Assembly (NCBI GenBank): GCA_964036045.1 | Contig: OZ038378.1 | Coordinates: 47,926,001 to 47,990,000 of the forward strand | Length of the DNA: 64,000 nucleotides | DNA from: Eutreptiella sp. 'Long Island Sound 2002' | Taxonomy: Eukaryota; Protista; Euglenida | Reading direction: 5' to 3' | In this document: piece after piece, positions 60,463-64,000 of the stretch | Numbering within the stretch: position 1 is the stretch's first letter | Layout: the number at the start of each line of letters is the position of its first letter | Notes under the pieces: generated by a model | Told to the model about the DNA's origin: nothing | Seen by the model: the letters and a program-made list of their open reading frames with translations, nothing else | Database searches by the model: none | Translations under genes and position numbers: made by a program

Positions 60463-60469
60463 TGGTAGC
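60463..60469 (+). promoter_or_regulatory. Primer-binding-site-like sequence
   Basis: TGGTAGC 2 nt after the LTR CA; it equals the first 7 nt of the canonical initiator-Met PBS (TGGTAGCAGAG) and then diverges. Confidence 0.55.
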
Positions 60470-60546
60470 CAGTTAGGTGGCGGGGAGATCATTATCGTCG
60501 ACCTCTGCGTTAGAATCTTCGACGCCATCTTTGATTCCAACCTCAA

Positions 60547-61467
60547 ATGGAGCAACCTTTCGACGACTCAGCTATGCTGCACTTTCTTCTAGGTTGCCTG
60601 TTTCGATCCGACTCGCCGCTGCACAACGAGTTCTCTTCTTCGCTAGAAATATTCATCGCAGAACGCAGCACAAGTTGAGAAAGCGAGTGGTTTCCATGCA
60701 TATCTTGTGATCTTCACAGCTTGTCGCAGAAGCTCGCGGAAGTTCAAACGAAGCTCATCGAATTGGAGCAGTGCATCGATGGGTTGCAGATTCAACAGCA
60801 AACGCCACTGCGGCGCCTGACCACAGAGTTGACGCTTTGCAGTCCTCGCCGGAGAACGCCCCACGAAGAGCCGTGAGTGAACTACAACGACTTGAACATG
60901 TAATTTCGAAGTGCTACATTCTCCTCAATGAGTTTGCGCAATTTTGCAACCAGTAGCCTTCGAATCAACAACCGCAGTTCCAGCACTCCCAGTTTCCACC
61001 GCAACACCCTCAACCTCAACCACCTTCTTCGAGTTATCAACCGCTCGCACCATCGAACAACCAGCCGCCACAACATTTCCCACCGCAACAACCACCTCTA
61101 CAAGCGCCTCCCTTTGGTCCACCGATGAATTAGGCCAATCCGATGAATGCCATCAATCCTCGCACTCCAACGTTCGAGATCCTGGGTCGCCGAGTTGAAC
61201 GTGTACGCAAATTGATTCGATGATTTTGTGGAACGCCAGGATCAGGAGAGTTTCGAAGTTGGAAGGAGGATCTTATGCGAGCCTTCGCTCTGTCCGGCAC
61301 CACTTCACCACTCGATCAAGTCACTACCATATCGTTTCTCCTCGAAGACGACGCTGTCGAGTATTATCACAGCTTGACGAAACAGGTACAAGATGACGGG
61401 TTTGAGCTCATGCGTGTGTTTTGTCAGCGCTTCCATTGCATATCCCACGAGGCAGTCTACCTGTCCA
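60547..61467 (+). pseudogene. Ty3/gypsy gag, decayed and 3'-truncated
   Basis: Coiled-coil LSQKLAEVQTKLIELEQCIDGL, then RKLIR*FCGTPGSGEFRSWKEDLMRAFALSG...TISFLLEDDAVEYYHSL...GFELMRVFCQRF (retrotransposon gag pattern). Confidence 0.82.
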
Positions 61468-62985
61468 GTGAAGCCGGTTCCGACCCCCCTGGCCATCGTT
61501 AGGTCACTTGGGGTGTGTATCTATGCCCCGGCAAGCCGCCATTGGCTGATTTCATACTCTCCCATCCACCTGACCTAACCTGATTTGATAGTGTGATAGG
61601 TTTGGCCATTCCGGCTATGTGCGGCCATATTCAGTTCCGAGGCGCCGCCAGCTGAGATTTATATATCAGAATATCAGGAATCAACAGGGTTTTTTTATCA
61701 TAATGTTTCCGTAATTTTTCCGCCTTCCGTTCTGATGGTCAATGTATCGGTGACTGTCAGTTGGCTCGCGATTTTGCGGTAACCGATTGGTTAACTGTTA
61801 TTTCCAGATATTTTGGCGGAAACCCCGATGAAGGGTCAGATTTGATCAGTAAAGGGTTCGTTGCTTCCGCAATTTTCTAAATATGTACTCGAAATTTTAA
61901 TCTGAATTTTTTGCGATGTCGAAATCGGATTTTCGACTTCGACATCGCCGCACTTGATTTGGTCTTCTTCGAGTGGTCATACTCCTTTCCCTATGCCCAA
62001 ATCAGGTTTCCCTTATACTTGCCACCCATTTGACTTGGAGATATAAGGGAAACAAAAGTGAATCGTGGGACCACTTTGAAGGGCCATATCTACGTGCGGG
62101 TGTGAGGAAAGAGAATAAGGAAGGTTGCGTTGCAAGCGCCTTAGTCTCAACTTTTTTTTAGTAGGGTCCAACACCTTAAGTTGTCACACACACTCGTTGT
62201 ATCATAGGATCATGGTCAACATGGTAGAAACTTGTTTATAACTTGTTGACCATGTGTCGGGACTTGATATTATGACTTTCGAGTGTAGCGCATGAGTCTT
62301 GCGGTTGCATAGCATCTTTCCTTAGGTTCCCACGTCCATTTAACCCAAAGTTATGACCATGGAGGGGCATGGCATACCATGGTGGGAGCCAATTTTAAGG
62401 GCTATGTGTGATATTGGTAGTATATGTCTTGATATGCTCACGCCCATGTTATATATCTTCGTGTGGCCGAAGAGATGGAGAGCCACACGTGACAAGGGCT
62501 TTGCCCATGTCCCAATTGTGGACTTCAAAGCGCTAGACTAAGTTTACCGCGTATGTATTGCTCATGGTATGTTTGGCAAAGAGATCCATGAGTGCACTCC
62601 CATTTTCATGGGGCATGTAGATATGAGTGGCGAAGGTATCTCCATGCGCCTGATTGGGGATCCAAGTGGGGGAATTGTTCGCAAACGGTTCCAATCATTT
62701 GTGTATTGAACCATGAGCGGATATCATGGGTGAGCATAGAGATATACTATCATGACAACTTTGCTTTATTTGTGTTCAGACGCCAATTTCAGGGCTTTCC
62801 TCTTTGGTGCAATTCTTGTACATGCCCGCCACCGTGGGACGACCGGTGTGCTGAACGGAAGCCCGCATCGTGGATTGGATTGTGGATTGGGTTATTGCTG
62901 TATTTGTGGGATCTGGTTGCTGTTCAGGGTTGAAGGAGGATTTTATTTTCTATATTTTTTGATTTTGGACCCTGGATTTTGAGGA

Positions 62986-64000
62986 ATGCAATCGCTGATC
63001 AGAAGCAAATCAGCAGGGGTGACAGGCGGAAGGGGCACAGCAGGGGCCGGTCCTGGTAGGGACCTTCTTTATGGTAGCAGAGACGTACCTGCTGCCCCTA
63101 CCTACCGCCGCCCCGGGGACTTGGGCCCCTATGAGCCCTGCCCAAGTACGCCCCGGATGCGTATTGTGGACTCGGTGGAGACCACGCCGGAGATTTGAGC
63201 CAGAGAAGAGCCGAGACGCTCAGGAGCATGGCAAACTCCGGAAGTAGAAGCCCGAAGAGAAACACGACGTTCGGGAAGAGGAGGACTTGACATGGAGGAC
63301 CTGGTCTCCATGTGTGAGCGTCGCTGCCGAAAGGCATGCAACCTCCGCTCCGCCGCGGAGGACTCTGACTAGACCTGCCATTCAGGCAGCAGTGGAGGAC
63401 GGGCCCGGCGCTACCGGAAGCGCGGGTCACCCAAGCCCGCGGCAGGGGACGCCGGGGCTATGGATACGGACCCCAGCCCAGTCAGGCTGTGGGACTCCGA
63501 GGGGCACTCTGAGGGCTATCGGACAGCCTATGAGCAACCTTCGGAGTCGGAGGAGACGGCCAGACCGCCCACAAGGGCGATTACGGCCCCAGAACCCAAC
63601 CTGGAGCATGACGCCGAGGCGTTGGAGAGGCCCGCCAGAGCCAGAACGGTGCCTGTGGCCCGGCACACGGAGCCAACGCGGGATAGCATGGGCGACACAC
63701 CCATGGCGGAGGATTCCGAGGCGCCGGGAACCGCGGGATGCGCCGGATCAGGTGGAAGGCACGCTGAGTGCCACTGCGAGCACGTGTCCTTTCTCATGGG
63801 CAAGTACCCAAAGATGGGGATGGACGCCATCGTGCATCGCCTCGACAGCCTTGACAACGCGAAGGACGGTCTAGAGGAGGACGTCGCGGGGATCCTGGAT
63901 GACCAGTCGGCAGCAGAGAGAGACATGGCGGAGCTGCGAGCGGATCAGGCCCGGTACCGGGAGAATCTGGAGCTGGCCCTATAGAAGCAGCAGCGAGTGG
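62986..64000 (+). pseudogene. Decayed low-complexity + coiled-coil ORF, possibly gag/ORF1 of another retroelement; runs off the window
   Basis: Frame 1 is protein-like from 62986 to the end with three in-frame stops; AIVHRLDSLDNAKDGLEEDV...MAELRADQARYRENLELAL is coiled-coil-like. Confidence 0.4.

Noticed and set aside
62880-62930. TGGTTGCTG as a PBS for the ORF at 62986
   Set aside because: It is not preceded by a CA-ending repeat, and no second LTR copy is in the window.
1-64000. tRNA, rRNA or spliced-leader RNA genes
   Set aside because: Scattered GGTTCG motifs lack cloverleaf context, and no rRNA- or SL-like conserved blocks were recognised.

Overview
Repeat-rich eukaryotic DNA. A GT-AG intron, LTR retroelements and pogo/hAT remnants point to a protist-type genome, but the taxon cannot be fixed from sequence alone. 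(1) 1-7762 is the 3' half of a chromovirus-type Ty3/gypsy element: integrase, chromodomain, an unexpected ~3.1-kb extra ORF, polypurine tract and 3' LTR. A pogo/Fot1-like DNA transposon (279-3315) is inserted in its integrase, with TA target duplication and 17-bp TIRs. (2) 9084-10814 is a minus-strand ORF with a CCCH finger and a CxxC-x24-CxxC zinc ribbon, between two blocks of a ~63-bp satellite. (3) 13001-33863 is a ~20.9-kb near-perfect palindrome with a 13-nt central loop. Its arms carry a 5.1-kb non-coding composite GT/CA-rich element, a 29-monomer dimeric satellite, foldback MITE-like modules and a RanBP2-zinc-finger pseudogene. The palindrome centre lies inside a broken terminus of the same composite-element family. 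(4) 34000-44000 holds decayed ORFs and several hairpin or tandem modules. (5) Two host-like genes: a two-exon WBP4/ZOP1-like U1-type zinc-finger gene (45599-48184) and a small signal-peptide protein ending PDEL (54841-55350). (6) Also present: an 85-bp minisatellite foldback, a hAT dimerisation fragment, and the 5' LTR, PBS and gag of a second copy of the LTR family (60196-61467). No rRNA, tRNA or CRISPR-Cas locus could be supported. All alignments and counts were done by eye.
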